Virus record (IMG/VR): IMGVR_UViG_3300029328_000212
Strand: one strand, 5' to 3'
Length of the DNA: 64,000 nucleotides
Source: a virus
The notes below the pieces were generated by a model that made no database searches, was not told the origin of the DNA, and worked only from the letters and a program-made list of their open reading frames with translations. Position 1 is the stretch's first letter, and each line of letters opens with the position of its first letter. The translations under genes were made by a program, and so were the position numbers. Of the stretch, positions 29,418-38,891 are shown piece by piece.

Positions 29418-29594
29418 CTAGAATTCTTCAGCTATGTCCTCATCCCATTCGTCATCGTCTTTGCGGTCGCGTTTTCTGACACTGACATATTTCCTTTCTT
29501 CAAGAATATCCATAACGATTTTAACAGCTGCAATAGCAGCCCCGCATACTGCAGCTCCTGCGATGCAGCATCCTATGATTTTCTTTGCGCTCAT
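29418..29594 (-). CDS. small membrane protein (58 aa), not in ORF track
   Basis: MSAKKIIGCCIAGAAVCGAAIAAVKIVMDILEERKYVSVRKRDRKDDDEWDEDIAEEF: hydrophobic helix plus acidic tail; GGGGGATAG RBS; followed by terminator GGACGGAtttcTCCGCCC plus T-run at 29383-29405. Confidence 0.4.
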   Translation of the reverse strand: MSAKKIIGCCIAGAAVCGAAIAAVKIVMDILEERKYVSVRKRDRKDDDEWDEDIAEEF

Positions 29595-29611
29595 TTTCTG
29601 CTATCCCCCTT

Positions 29612-30517
29612 TTATTCATCCACCGGAATCTCATCCTCTGGTACATCATCGTCAAAAAATTCATCTTCATCCTCGCCGTAAATCTTTGCAAGGCTGTCTT
29701 TTAACTTTGCATTTCTCATGCTTGCAATTTCTTCATCTGTATAGAAATTACTGAGATACTCCGTCGCGTAAGCGACTATCTCCATTGTTTTGTCTTTCCA
29801 TGAATAAAACTCTCCGCACACAGGACATTTCATTGTACGTTTGACTGCTCTTGCCTGTATTGCTCCATCAACAAACACTCCCGAACCGCAGTGTAAATGG
29901 TTTCTGTCCTCTTCCGCATGTTCTCCGTATGTCTTTACCCACGGATAATCTGTCCTGTTTTCCGGCAGGTCTGTCTTTGCCCTGAATTTTCTGTTTGCGG
30001 CAATCTGATACTGTGTTAAAACCACACCTTTTTCAGTCTTTATCTTTTTAGGGTCTCTTGTAAGGTTTCCTATGAAGTAAATCTGATTGGAAATTTCCTT
30101 ATGCTTTGCGAGATATTTTGCGGCTTCTTCGTCGCTTCCCATTTCCGCAATCTTTTCTGCAAAAATAGGCTCGATATAAGCCAAAGTTCCTGCTGATACA
30201 TTCGCCTGATCATGTCCGGTCTCTGCGCAGTGCGGACAGTGTGATGTCTTGTTGATATTTCTTGTTGTGAAAACACCCTTGATTAACACTATGTCATGCT
30301 TTTTCCAGTTGCTCATTTCGGTTGCTATAACAGGTGTTTTTGTTATAATAACCGGTATATCATGTCTTGCATATGAACTTCCATCTTCTACGTTTCGCGG
30401 ACTTCTCACAACATCCACGTAGCACATGGCATAGGCATAACCGCCGTCTTCGGCAGCCTTAAGTTTCGGCTCTTTATATACCTGGCCGAGTAGAAATACT
30501 GTATTTTGTCTTGCCAA
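29612..30517 (-). CDS. SSB-like protein with two OB-fold-like segments and two zinc-ribbon motifs
   Basis: Two segments resembling SSB N-terminus (VFLLGQVYKEPKL; IYFIGNLTRDPKK) and two CxxC...CxxC ribbons (CPHCAETG; CPVCGE); acidic C-terminal tail DDDVPEDEIPVDE. Confidence 0.5.
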   Translation of the reverse strand: MARQNTVFLLGQVYKEPKLKAAEDGGYAYAMCYVDVVRSPRNVEDGSSYARHDIPVIITKTPVIATEMSNWKKHDIVLIKGVFTTRNINKTSHCPHCAETGHDQANVSAGTLAYIEPIFAEKIAEMGSDEEAAKYLAKHKEISNQIYFIGNLTRDPKKIKTEKGVVLTQYQIAANRKFRAKTDLPENRTDYPWVKTYGEHAEEDRNHLHCGSGVFVDGAIQARAVKRTMKCPVCGEFYSWKDKTMEIVAYATEYLSNFYTDEEIASMRNAKLKDSLAKIYGEDEDEFFDDDVPEDEIPVDE

Positions 30518-30597
30518 TTTAATTAGCCCTCCTGTTAAAATTTCCGGAGAATTCCGGATTTTACTTTGATTCCACGGATAGTATGATTTTTTCTTTG

Positions 30598-30636
30598 TAC
30601 AAAAAAAGACAGCCCTTGTCGAACTGTCTTTTTCAA
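30598..30636 (-). terminator. rho-independent terminator of dnaE
   Basis: AAAGACAG-cccttgtcgaa-CTGTCTTT hairpin followed on minus strand by T7. Confidence 0.65.
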
Positions 30637-30655
30637 TGATACAAATTATTTACTG

Positions 30656-33600
30656 TTAGATTCTTGTTCCCGGAAGCCCCATTACATCGTCTGAGACTTT
30701 GTAAAGAGCTTTTCTTAATACTCCCTGTGCGGTGTCAAAGATATAGAATGGGTGGCCTCCTTCCTGTACCTCATACTGCTTTCTGAATCCCTCCTCTTCC
30801 ATGATATGAAATGTCGGGTATGAAGATACTTCCATATAAATGGATCTTTCCTCTTTTGCAACCCTCTGAGCATCTTCGATGACAAAATTAAATTCTGTTA
30901 TCTCGTTGCCGTTTTCATCCACATCAAGAACATCTTTTGTTACTTTTCCGGTCAGGATTAATCCGTAGCCTTCTTTTAACATGTCAGAAAGCCTTGAATA
31001 AGACTTTGTAAAGCATGAACACTTGACAGAGCCTGTTTCATCGGTCAGCCTAAAGAAAGCCATTGGCTTGTTGTCTGCTTTTCTGTATTTGATTTCAAGG
31101 TCATCGACAACTCCAAATATCCTTCTCTGAGACTCATCAATATTGATGATAGGCGTTGTTTTCTGCTTTGGATACAGGGAAATCGGATGCTCTGTAACAT
31201 ACACCCCGAGATATTCCTTTTCTTTCTGCATTCTTTCAAGCCTGTCCTCTATGATGTCCGGCACATGGATTTCTTCAATGTAGCCTTTTAACAGATCTAT
31301 TGTTGTCTGATAATTGTCGCGCCTCTTTATCAGCGTATCCTTTTTTACCAGCTTTTTTACTGCAATACAGTTTCCCTGTATTTTTTCAAGCTCATCTTCT
31401 GTTTCTATTCTGTCGTAATTGTCTATAACAAGGTTTATGCTATTGAAGAGTTTTTCCTTGTCAGCAAGTTTTTTAGCTGCGTCCTTCACGTCACCGATGT
31501 TGCATGTCATTCCTGCGCGGTTTTCATTAAACTCATCAAGCGCACCAGCCTGTATGAGGGACTCCACATTCGCAACGGAAATTCCGCTTCTTATTATAAA
31601 ATCCTTTACAGACGTATATACTCCCTGCGCTTTTCTGATTTCAACAATTTTTTCAGCACTTGACTTAATGCCCTTTATGGCGCTTAATCCGAAAAGCACA
31701 GCATTTCCTTCTACTGTGAATTTTTCTGCCGACCTGTTTACATCCGGACACATAATTTTAACGCCACATACTCTTGCTTCTCTTACCAGAGCTGCCATTT
31801 TTTCGCTGTTTGCAGCCCAGTTAAGCGCTGCTGCGAAGAATTCAGCAGGATAATAATATTTAAGCCATGCAGTAATATACGCATTAAACGCATATGCAGC
31901 GGCATGTGATTTGTTGAATGCATATTTTGCAAAATCCGTCATCTGGTCGAAGATTTCGTTCGCAACATTTTCAGCCTTCTTCTTCTCTGCCTCAGCTTCT
32001 GCCTGTGACATATTTTCAGCATTCACGTTTTCAAGGTGTACTTTTATGTATCCCTTGATGTTTCTGCCCTCGTCACCATAAATAAATGCGTCCCTCTCAT
32101 GAGCGAGCTTTTCAGCTTTTTTCTTTGACATGAAACGTCTTACATTATCGGCATCACCAAGCGAAAATCCCGCAAGGCTCTGTACGAGCTGCATAACCTG
32201 CTCCTGATATACAATGGCACCGTATGTTTTGCTCAAGATTGGCTTAAGCTCTTCACACAGAAAAGTCATTGGTCTGACCTTGTTCTTGACATCTATTACG
32301 CCGTCAATGTACTGAAGTGGTCCCGGCCTGAACATGCTGACGAGAATGATAATATCCTCAAAACATGTCGGCTTGAATCTTTTAAGCATCTGTTTCATGC
32401 CATCAGACTCAAACTGGAACACGGCATTTGTAAGACCCTTTGAAAAGATTTCCTTATAGATGTGTTCATCTTCGAGGTTTATCTTTAACGGGTCAATAAT
32501 TTTTCCGCAATTCTTCTCTATCAGTCTCATTGCATCTGTAACGATATTTAATGTTTTAAGTCCCAGAAAGTCCATTTTAAGAAGTCCGTTCTCCTCAACC
32601 TGAACCATGTTAAGCTGGCAGTCCATCTGTTTTGACGAAGAGTTGTACTTAAGCGGTACATAATCTGACACATCATTATTATCAGAAATAACAACACCGG
32701 CAGCATGCTCTCCATATGCGTAAAACATGCCTTCAATGCATTTTGCCCATCTTAAGACCTCAAGCGCATCCTTGTTGTCTGCATACTTTTCTCTAAGGAC
32801 TTCATATACACTTTGGTAATTTTCCTTACCTTCATCATTCTCATCATATGGTGAATCAAATGACAGATTGACTCTTGAAGGAATATCCTTTGACAATTTA
32901 TCTCCAAGTGCTGTGAGCTTTTCGCCATACATCTTCTGTCCGTAAAATCTCGAAGCATCCTTTACCGCACCTTTTGGGGCCTTTACAGCCTTTGTCATGA
33001 TAAGACATACTGCTTTCTCACCATATTTATGGCGGACGTACTCAATTGTTTTTTCACGGACTCCCTTTGCAAGGTCTGAATCAATGTCAGGCATTGAAAC
33101 TCGCGACGGATTAAGGAATCTCTCGAATAAGAGGTCGTACTTAAGCGGATCAAGGTTCGTGATTCCAAGCAGGTAGCACACAAGGCTGCCAACTCCTGAA
33201 CCTCTTCCAGGGCCGACTGACATTCCTGGATTCTTATAGCCGCGGTCTTTAATAAACTGCTTTAACGAGTCTATTGTAAGCGGTGCATCAGGCAGTTCCT
33301 TATCAGGTACATATCCAAGGAGTCTGGCATACTCAAGAAAGTCTCTTACTACGACAAGGTAATCTACAACATCCATCTTTCTGATGATGCCGATTTCATA
33401 TTCCAGTCTTTTCTGGTACTCTCTCTCAAGATGTCCGTTGAATCTCCATGTAATTCCGGTTTTGATTAAGTCGTCAAAAATTTCATCGACTGTGCGGCCT
33501 GTGTTATCCTTAAACTTCGGATAGTGGTTTTCCTTGACAAAAGTTACATCAAGCGAATCAAAAAGCTTGTCAGTATTTGCCACTGCCTCATCAATTACAT

Positions 33601-34786
33601 CCTGTGGATAAATCTCAGAAAGCATGTCGCGAAGCTCATCTTCTGTTTTAAGATATAACTCACTGTCCCCGGTTCCTTCTTCCTGCCACTCATCAAATCG
33701 TATTGAGCGCATTATCTGTCTTCTCAGTCTCTCATCGTCAGTCTTTTCAACAATATGCGCATCGTTAGAGGCGATAAGCGGGATGTTAAGCTTTCTTGCA
33801 ATGTCAACCGACTTCTGGTAACAGTTTACTTCTTCAGGAATACCGTGATACTGAATCTCTATGTAGAACATATCACCAAAGAGATTTTTGTACTTCTCTG
33901 CTTCCGAAACCGCTACATCCCAGAGTTCATCCGGTGTTTTAAGTTCCTTTTTAAGACCTGCCACCTCATCCTCAATTTCAAGCCATCTGCCAATTTCTTC
34001 CTCAATCTTTTTGAGCGCCTTGTTTTTGGTCGTAAGCTTTGCTTTTATGGATTTTATTTCCGGATTCAGCTTTTCAAGTTTCACTGCTGCTTCTGCGGCT
34101 GCCCTTCTGTCTTCATCAAGAAGCATCTCTGCCTCTTTTTTCATGTCTCCTGTCAACTTTGCAATCTGCTTTGAACGCTTTACAAAACTCTGTTTTGCAA
34201 TTTTTTCAGCACTCTTCTTTTCTTCAGTAAGCAGCTCTATGCGCTTTTTGATTTCCGAAACCTTAACCTGCGCATCAGCATATCCGCGGTCTGAAGGATT
34301 CTTTAATTTTTTCTGTTTTCTGACCAGTTTTTCAACCGTTTTTTCAATTGTTTCATTCTGTCTGAATATGGCAGGAATAACACCCTGCATGCAGGCAGAT
34401 GTTACATACATGCTGTCTTTATACTGTCCGTCTGCTCCAAACAGTTCTTCTAGCATGTCAAATGTTACAAGAGGAAAGCCTCCTTTTACATTTGTGTTTG
34501 ACATTGTTACAAGCTTTGAAAGTCCCTTCCAGCCAAGATTGTTTTTTGCAATTCCTATAAGATGGAGTCTTCCTAAAATTCCTCCATCTACATAAAATTC
34601 GCATCCACAGCCAAGCTTGAGGCCATTCTCTGCAAACAGTGGCTGTAAATCATAAATGTCACTTACAACTCCATGATTTGTAACAACTATTCCTTTCCAG
34701 CCGTTTTCTTTGATTTTTTTCACAAGCAGTTTGTGATTCATATCTGAATCAAACAGCGATTGCGTGTGAACGTGTGTGTGTATCAT
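30656..34786 (-). CDS. dnaE: DNA polymerase III alpha subunit (DnaE-type) with ~190-aa coiled-coil insertion in the PHP domain
   Basis: PHP motifs HTHVHTQ, NHGVV, CEFYV; polymerase core signature GPGRGSGVGSLVCYLLGITNLDPLKYDLLFERFLNPSRVSMPDIDSD; OB-fold near C-terminus; K/E-rich heptad insertion (aa ~140-330) between PHP motifs. Confidence 0.9.
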   Translation of the reverse strand: MIHTHVHTQSLFDSDMNHKLLVKKIKENGWKGIVVTNHGVVSDIYDLQPLFAENGLKLGCGCEFYVDGGILGRLHLIGIAKNNLGWKGLSKLVTMSNTNVKGGFPLVTFDMLEELFGADGQYKDSMYVTSACMQGVIPAIFRQNETIEKTVEKLVRKQKKLKNPSDRGYADAQVKVSEIKKRIELLTEEKKSAEKIAKQSFVKRSKQIAKLTGDMKKEAEMLLDEDRRAAAEAAVKLEKLNPEIKSIKAKLTTKNKALKKIEEEIGRWLEIEDEVAGLKKELKTPDELWDVAVSEAEKYKNLFGDMFYIEIQYHGIPEEVNCYQKSVDIARKLNIPLIASNDAHIVEKTDDERLRRQIMRSIRFDEWQEEGTGDSELYLKTEDELRDMLSEIYPQDVIDEAVANTDKLFDSLDVTFVKENHYPKFKDNTGRTVDEIFDDLIKTGITWRFNGHLEREYQKRLEYEIGIIRKMDVVDYLVVVRDFLEYARLLGYVPDKELPDAPLTIDSLKQFIKDRGYKNPGMSVGPGRGSGVGSLVCYLLGITNLDPLKYDLLFERFLNPSRVSMPDIDSDLAKGVREKTIEYVRHKYGEKAVCLIMTKAVKAPKGAVKDASRFYGQKMYGEKLTALGDKLSKDIPSRVNLSFDSPYDENDEGKENYQSVYEVLREKYADNKDALEVLRWAKCIEGMFYAYGEHAAGVVISDNNDVSDYVPLKYNSSSKQMDCQLNMVQVEENGLLKMDFLGLKTLNIVTDAMRLIEKNCGKIIDPLKINLEDEHIYKEIFSKGLTNAVFQFESDGMKQMLKRFKPTCFEDIIILVSMFRPGPLQYIDGVIDVKNKVRPMTFLCEELKPILSKTYGAIVYQEQVMQLVQSLAGFSLGDADNVRRFMSKKKAEKLAHERDAFIYGDEGRNIKGYIKVHLENVNAENMSQAEAEAEKKKAENVANEIFDQMTDFAKYAFNKSHAAAYAFNAYITAWLKYYYPAEFFAAALNWAANSEKMAALVREARVCGVKIMCPDVNRSAEKFTVEGNAVLFGLSAIKGIKSSAEKIVEIRKAQGVYTSVKDFIIRSGISVANVESLIQAGALDEFNENRAGMTCNIGDVKDAAKKLADKEKLFNSINLVIDNYDRIETEDELEKIQGNCIAVKKLVKKDTLIKRRDNYQTTIDLLKGYIEEIHVPDIIEDRLERMQKEKEYLGVYVTEHPISLYPKQKTTPIINIDESQRRIFGVVDDLEIKYRKADNKPMAFFRLTDETGSVKCSCFTKSYSRLSDMLKEGYGLILTGKVTKDVLDVDENGNEITEFNFVIEDAQRVAKEERSIYMEVSSYPTFHIMEEEGFRKQYEVQEGGHPFYIFDTAQGVLRKALYKVSDDVMGLPGTRI

Positions 34787-34883
34787 ATGTTGTTTTCTCC
34801 TTTCTTCTTTTCTCTTTTACGAAGAGTATGTTTTTTCTTTCAAAAAAGAAAAGCCTTCCATATAAGGAAGACTTTTTTTGGTA

Positions 34884-35579
34884 TTAAATTTTGTTCTGCA
34901 CTGCAAGCATGAACTCTTTTATCTCCAGTGCATTGCTCTTGTACACTCCGGCGATTGCCTGTCCGGATGCGGTTCTCGACTTTGAGAACACATTGGCAAA
35001 TTTTCTGTATTTTTCAAGCATCTGTCTGCATCTGGTCCCAACGATGTACCAGAAAGCTGTTTTGTCGGACAGCCAGAGCTGCTTTACAGAAAGTCCCGCT
35101 GCATACTGTTCTTTTGATGACAGGATCATGCCGTCTTTATCCGTCTCGCAGGATTTTATTTCGTTAAACCCTGTATTGGTTTTAAAGTCCAGTATATCCA
35201 TCAGCTTTTTGCTGAGAGGAAATTTCTCTTCTGGCTTAAAACGTCCCTTGATAATATACTGTTCCCTTCCGCCTGCTGCATCGCCAAGAATGCCATAAAT
35301 TTCAGAACCAGATACTATTTGTCCTTGCTTTTCAAGCCAGTCCTTTGCCATTCCATACGGTCTGTATGTCTTGCCACATGCAAAACAATGGCATCCCCCG
35401 TTTCCCGGATATATCTTATTGTGGGAAAATATCTTCTCCTCATGATGCTCCGGGTTTGGACATTCTGAAAAATACGTTGCGCCCTTCTTTTTCACCGGGA
35501 TGCCCAGTATCTCACAAAGAGCGAGTGTATCTACGTTTTCACAAATTGCTTCTGTGTTGTAATTTACCTGTGCGCTCAT
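34884..35579 (-). CDS. DNA primase CHC2-type zinc-finger protein
   Basis: CPNPEHHEEKIFSHNKIYPGNGGCHCFACGKTY matches the DnaG N-terminal CHC2 zinc-finger pattern; remainder unassigned. Confidence 0.65.
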   Translation of the reverse strand: MSAQVNYNTEAICENVDTLALCEILGIPVKKKGATYFSECPNPEHHEEKIFSHNKIYPGNGGCHCFACGKTYRPYGMAKDWLEKQGQIVSGSEIYGILGDAAGGREQYIIKGRFKPEEKFPLSKKLMDILDFKTNTGFNEIKSCETDKDGMILSSKEQYAAGLSVKQLWLSDKTAFWYIVGTRCRQMLEKYRKFANVFSKSRTASGQAIAGVYKSNALEIKEFMLAVQNKI

Positions 35580-35818
35580 TATTGCTTCCTCCGTTTCTCT
35601 TTATATATAAGAAGTATGTTAGAATTTTTAAAGCCGGACATATTGTCTGTTTTCTTTGCTTTTTCCTTTAAGTGGTGGTATTTTATATAGAAAGACAATG
35701 ATGAGTTCTGAGTCAAACATACTATATATGGAAATGTAGATAATTTGACATTTGTTAAGAATTTATATAGAAGGAACATAATTAAGCACTACACTATGTA
35801 GTAGCTTTTGTATCAGAT

Positions 35819-36838
35819 ATGGAGGAACGGAAAATGGGATTTTTCAGCATAGAACTAACCGATTACAATGGAAAAAAGTTTTATAATGTAACAACGGACA
35901 AATGGCTCAGGGAGTATCCTGAAGATTATAAGAATTACATAAAGAAAACATGGGAGGTTAAGGAACACAGGATGTATAAGCTGATTGCCCTCATGGACGA
36001 GCGCGATTCATACATGATAGGCCTTCTCAATGTATTTCAGGCAACACTGGCAAGAGACCTCAATGATAAAGATTACAAATTTGTGGCAAAGCTCATTGAA
36101 GTACAGCGCCGCCGAGTCTACAGGGAGGATATTTATCTTGGCCTGCTGTTTGCCTATATGCACAGGCAGACAAGAAAAGCCATATACAAGATGGTCTTTT
36201 CTGATGACATTGACAAATATGACGAGGAAAGCCTGCGTACAGTACTTGTATTTGCAGGAAACTTCATAGATATTACAGGATATCTGAAACCTGGCGAGGT
36301 TATCCCGGAGTCTGTATATCTGGAAGCAAACAAGAAGTTTTTCGACACTTTTGTAAGAAAAGATAAATTCTGGGAAGATTTTCTTGTTGAGGGAAGCATC
36401 AAAGCAAATGGCACAGAGGGCGGCGAAATTGTAAGACGCTTAAAGAGCCTCTGCGGCTGCTATTATATCCACGAATATGACAAGACAGGAAAAAAAGCTG
36501 AATTCGTCTGCCGAGACTATGACTACCTTACAAGTTCATACCGCGCGAACACCCGCGTCGGTGATATGATCTTCAACGCAAGGGAGAAATGTGGGCGGAC
36601 ATCGTTTCGTAAAGCCATTCCGGCCAACAAAGCTAAAGAGTCAGATTATGCGAAACTGGGGAGCACCTCAAACTTTGGTTATGGAATCCTCTCATCCCTG
36701 ACCATTCTTGTTGCGGCAAGTGGAGAATGGGCTAAATGCCCTGATGTGTGCGAGAATGTTGATTGTTTTTATCCTGACGAGAAACTCATAGCCACTCTTG
36801 GTATTCCCATCGGTTATTCTATTCCTATCTGGAATTAA
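35819..36838 (+). CDS. hypothetical protein (339 aa)
   Basis: Plus-strand ORF with GGAGGAAC RBS; upstream carries the promoter motif in plus orientation (TTATATAGAAGGAAC at 35766-35780). Confidence 0.6.
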   Translation: MEERKMGFFSIELTDYNGKKFYNVTTDKWLREYPEDYKNYIKKTWEVKEHRMYKLIALMDERDSYMIGLLNVFQATLARDLNDKDYKFVAKLIEVQRRRVYREDIYLGLLFAYMHRQTRKAIYKMVFSDDIDKYDEESLRTVLVFAGNFIDITGYLKPGEVIPESVYLEANKKFFDTFVRKDKFWEDFLVEGSIKANGTEGGEIVRRLKSLCGCYYIHEYDKTGKKAEFVCRDYDYLTSSYRANTRVGDMIFNAREKCGRTSFRKAIPANKAKESDYAKLGSTSNFGYGILSSLTILVAASGEWAKCPDVCENVDCFYPDEKLIATLGIPIGYSIPIWN

Positions 36839-36968
36839 TCATTTCGGATTTTCAGCAGGCTGTATTGTGTTTTTGCAAAGAAAAACCGCAGAAAATTAAA
36901 TTTCTGCGGTCTTTTTATGAACAATATTAAGTTTTAAGTTTTTATATAGCAGTTGAAACTGCTATATT

Positions 36969-37412
36969 TTAATTGAATGGAAGCTCCTCGTCAAGTCCGT
37001 CCGGAATGTTCATGAAGCCATCCCCAGCAGCCTGGCTAGGTGCAGGTCTGTCTGCCGGTGCAAATCCGCCTGCATTTCCTGATGCGGCTGACTTAGACTC
37101 TGCAAACTCTGCGCTCTCCACTACGACGTCAGTAGTGTATACCTTCTGTCCATCCTTGTTTGTATAGCTGCCGGTCTGGATTCGGCCCTCAATGACAAAT
37201 TTGGTTCCTTTTTTGCCGAATTTCTCAAAGAACTCGCCTGTCTTTCCGAAAGCTACGCAGCTGATGAAGTCTGCTGTCTGCTCCTCACCATCTTTTTTGT
37301 AGCGGCGGTCTACTGCAAGTGAAAATCTTGCTATTGCAAGTGAGTTATCTCCCTGTGAATAGCGGACCTCTGCGTCTCTTGTCAGTCTTCCCATAAGTAC
37401 TACTTTGTTCAT
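36969..37412 (-). CDS. ssb: single-stranded DNA-binding protein
   Basis: MNKVVLMGRLTRDAEVRY... OB-fold, Gly/Ala-rich linker and acidic tail DGLDEELPF. Confidence 0.9.
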   Translation of the reverse strand: MNKVVLMGRLTRDAEVRYSQGDNSLAIARFSLAVDRRYKKDGEEQTADFISCVAFGKTGEFFEKFGKKGTKFVIEGRIQTGSYTNKDGQKVYTTDVVVESAEFAESKSAASGNAGGFAPADRPAPSQAAGDGFMNIPDGLDEELPFN

Positions 37413-37530
37413 TTTGTTTTCCTCCGTTTTTCTAAGTTGTTTTTATTACACACATAGTATGATATTTTTTTTATTTTTCGTTTTCATTGTCTGAAAACAA
37501 TTTTCTGTTCATCATGTTCCTCTTTCCATT

Positions 37531-37812
37531 TTACGCGACAAGCATAATGTCGTGTTTCAAAACGTAATCAATAAAACGCAGTGTCTCAAGATAGCTTTCG
37601 TCATCGTCGAATCCGGCAATTCCCTTAAATGGATTGAAGCTGAAGAAAACGAGGTAATCAACAATGTCCTCTGTCTCCTGCCTGTCATTGCAGCCCAAAT
37701 GCTCCCTTATCTCATCAATGGATGGATAGTACTTATCCTCCGGAATGTCACATCCATTCTCTTCATATTTGTCGAGAATTTCGTAAAATCGGTCTTCTTT
37801 AATCTTAAGCAC
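37531..37812 (-). CDS. hypothetical protein (93 aa)
   Basis: ORF between SSB and exonuclease genes; acidic; no motif. Confidence 0.5.
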   Translation of the reverse strand: MLKIKEDRFYEILDKYEENGCDIPEDKYYPSIDEIREHLGCNDRQETEDIVDYLVFFSFNPFKGIAGFDDDESYLETLRFIDYVLKHDIMLVA

Positions 37813-38023
37813 TTTCTTTGTAAATCTCCTTATTTAGTTTTCTACATTGCAAGTATGATTTTTTTTTCTAACGTTTTTTCAATACATGCCTGCTGTGCGA
37901 AAATATAAAAATAAAGTACCAGATTTTCAATCATCTAAAAGTCGTCCTGCATGAAACATAAAAAGCGCAAAATAAAAACACCCCGGCAAATCAAACCGGA
38001 GTGCATTTTTGTGGCATAAACCT

Positions 38024-38833
38024 CTAAAACATAGTTCTGCCATTTTTGATCAAAACCTCAAGGTTGTAAGCCCCAAGCAGTTTTTCTATCATCTGCTCAT
38101 CCTCTGGGCTCGTGAATGACCACTCTCTGCCAATGATGTCAAAATATACAGAGTGGTTCTTGTTATTGTTTATGTACAGTCTGCTGAGACTGCCTTTCTG
38201 CCATACCGTTGCGGAAATAGGAATAACAGCGGTCTGGTTTTTTGCATCCTCATCGCTGTACATATTAAGGACCTTCTCCAAGACTCTTGATGTTGCAATG
38301 ACATCATCAATAGAGTTGTGAAACTCAAGTCCTTCTGTTACTTTAAGATGCTCAGCAATCGTGCCGAGCTTCTGGTTAGGAACTTTTGGACTCTTCTTTA
38401 TCTTATCCTTTACAAAGACAAAGACATCAAAGTCATCCTTTGGTGGCTCCCAGCCACGGCCTCTCACTCTTCTTGACATCTGGTCGATAAACCAGTTATC
38501 AAAATTATGACTGTTGTAGCCAGTGATCACATCAGCAGATTCAAGAAAATCAATAATCTGCTGGCACATCTCTTTCTCGGTTGGACATCCAACAACATCT
38601 TCATTGCTGATATGATTAATATCAGTAATAAAGTCCGGAATATCACACTCTGGATCCATGAGAATATCCATCCTCTTTTCCTCCTGTAGATGTCCGTCAA
38701 CTTTTCTTACAATGATTGCAGAAAACGATAGAATTCTGCTTTCGGGCTTTTTGAGCCCTGTTGTCTCCGTATCGTAGATACAGATGGAGCCTCCGTTATC
38801 AAGAAGCTCTTTGATTTCATATGCGTTTTTCAT
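38024..38833 (-). CDS. DnaQ-like DEDDh 3'-5' exonuclease (Pol III epsilon-like)
   Basis: Exo I ICIYDTETTGL, Exo II-like GYNSHNFDNWFI, Exo III HNSIDDVIATSRV. Confidence 0.8.
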   Translation of the reverse strand: MKNAYEIKELLDNGGSICIYDTETTGLKKPESRILSFSAIIVRKVDGHLQEEKRMDILMDPECDIPDFITDINHISNEDVVGCPTEKEMCQQIIDFLESADVITGYNSHNFDNWFIDQMSRRVRGRGWEPPKDDFDVFVFVKDKIKKSPKVPNQKLGTIAEHLKVTEGLEFHNSIDDVIATSRVLEKVLNMYSDEDAKNQTAVIPISATVWQKGSLSRLYINNNKNHSVYFDIIGREWSFTSPEDEQMIEKLLGAYNLEVLIKNGRTMF

Positions 38834-38891
38834 TTTTGTTTACGGCAGGGTGTTTCACCTGCCGTTTCTCCTTCCTTTTTCTTCTTTTGTC

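Noticed and set aside
33888-34595. 235-aa and 139-aa plus-strand ORFs inside dnaE
   Set aside because: They are antisense to a well-supported DnaE coding region, with low-complexity Ser/Phe-rich translations. Treated as spurious.
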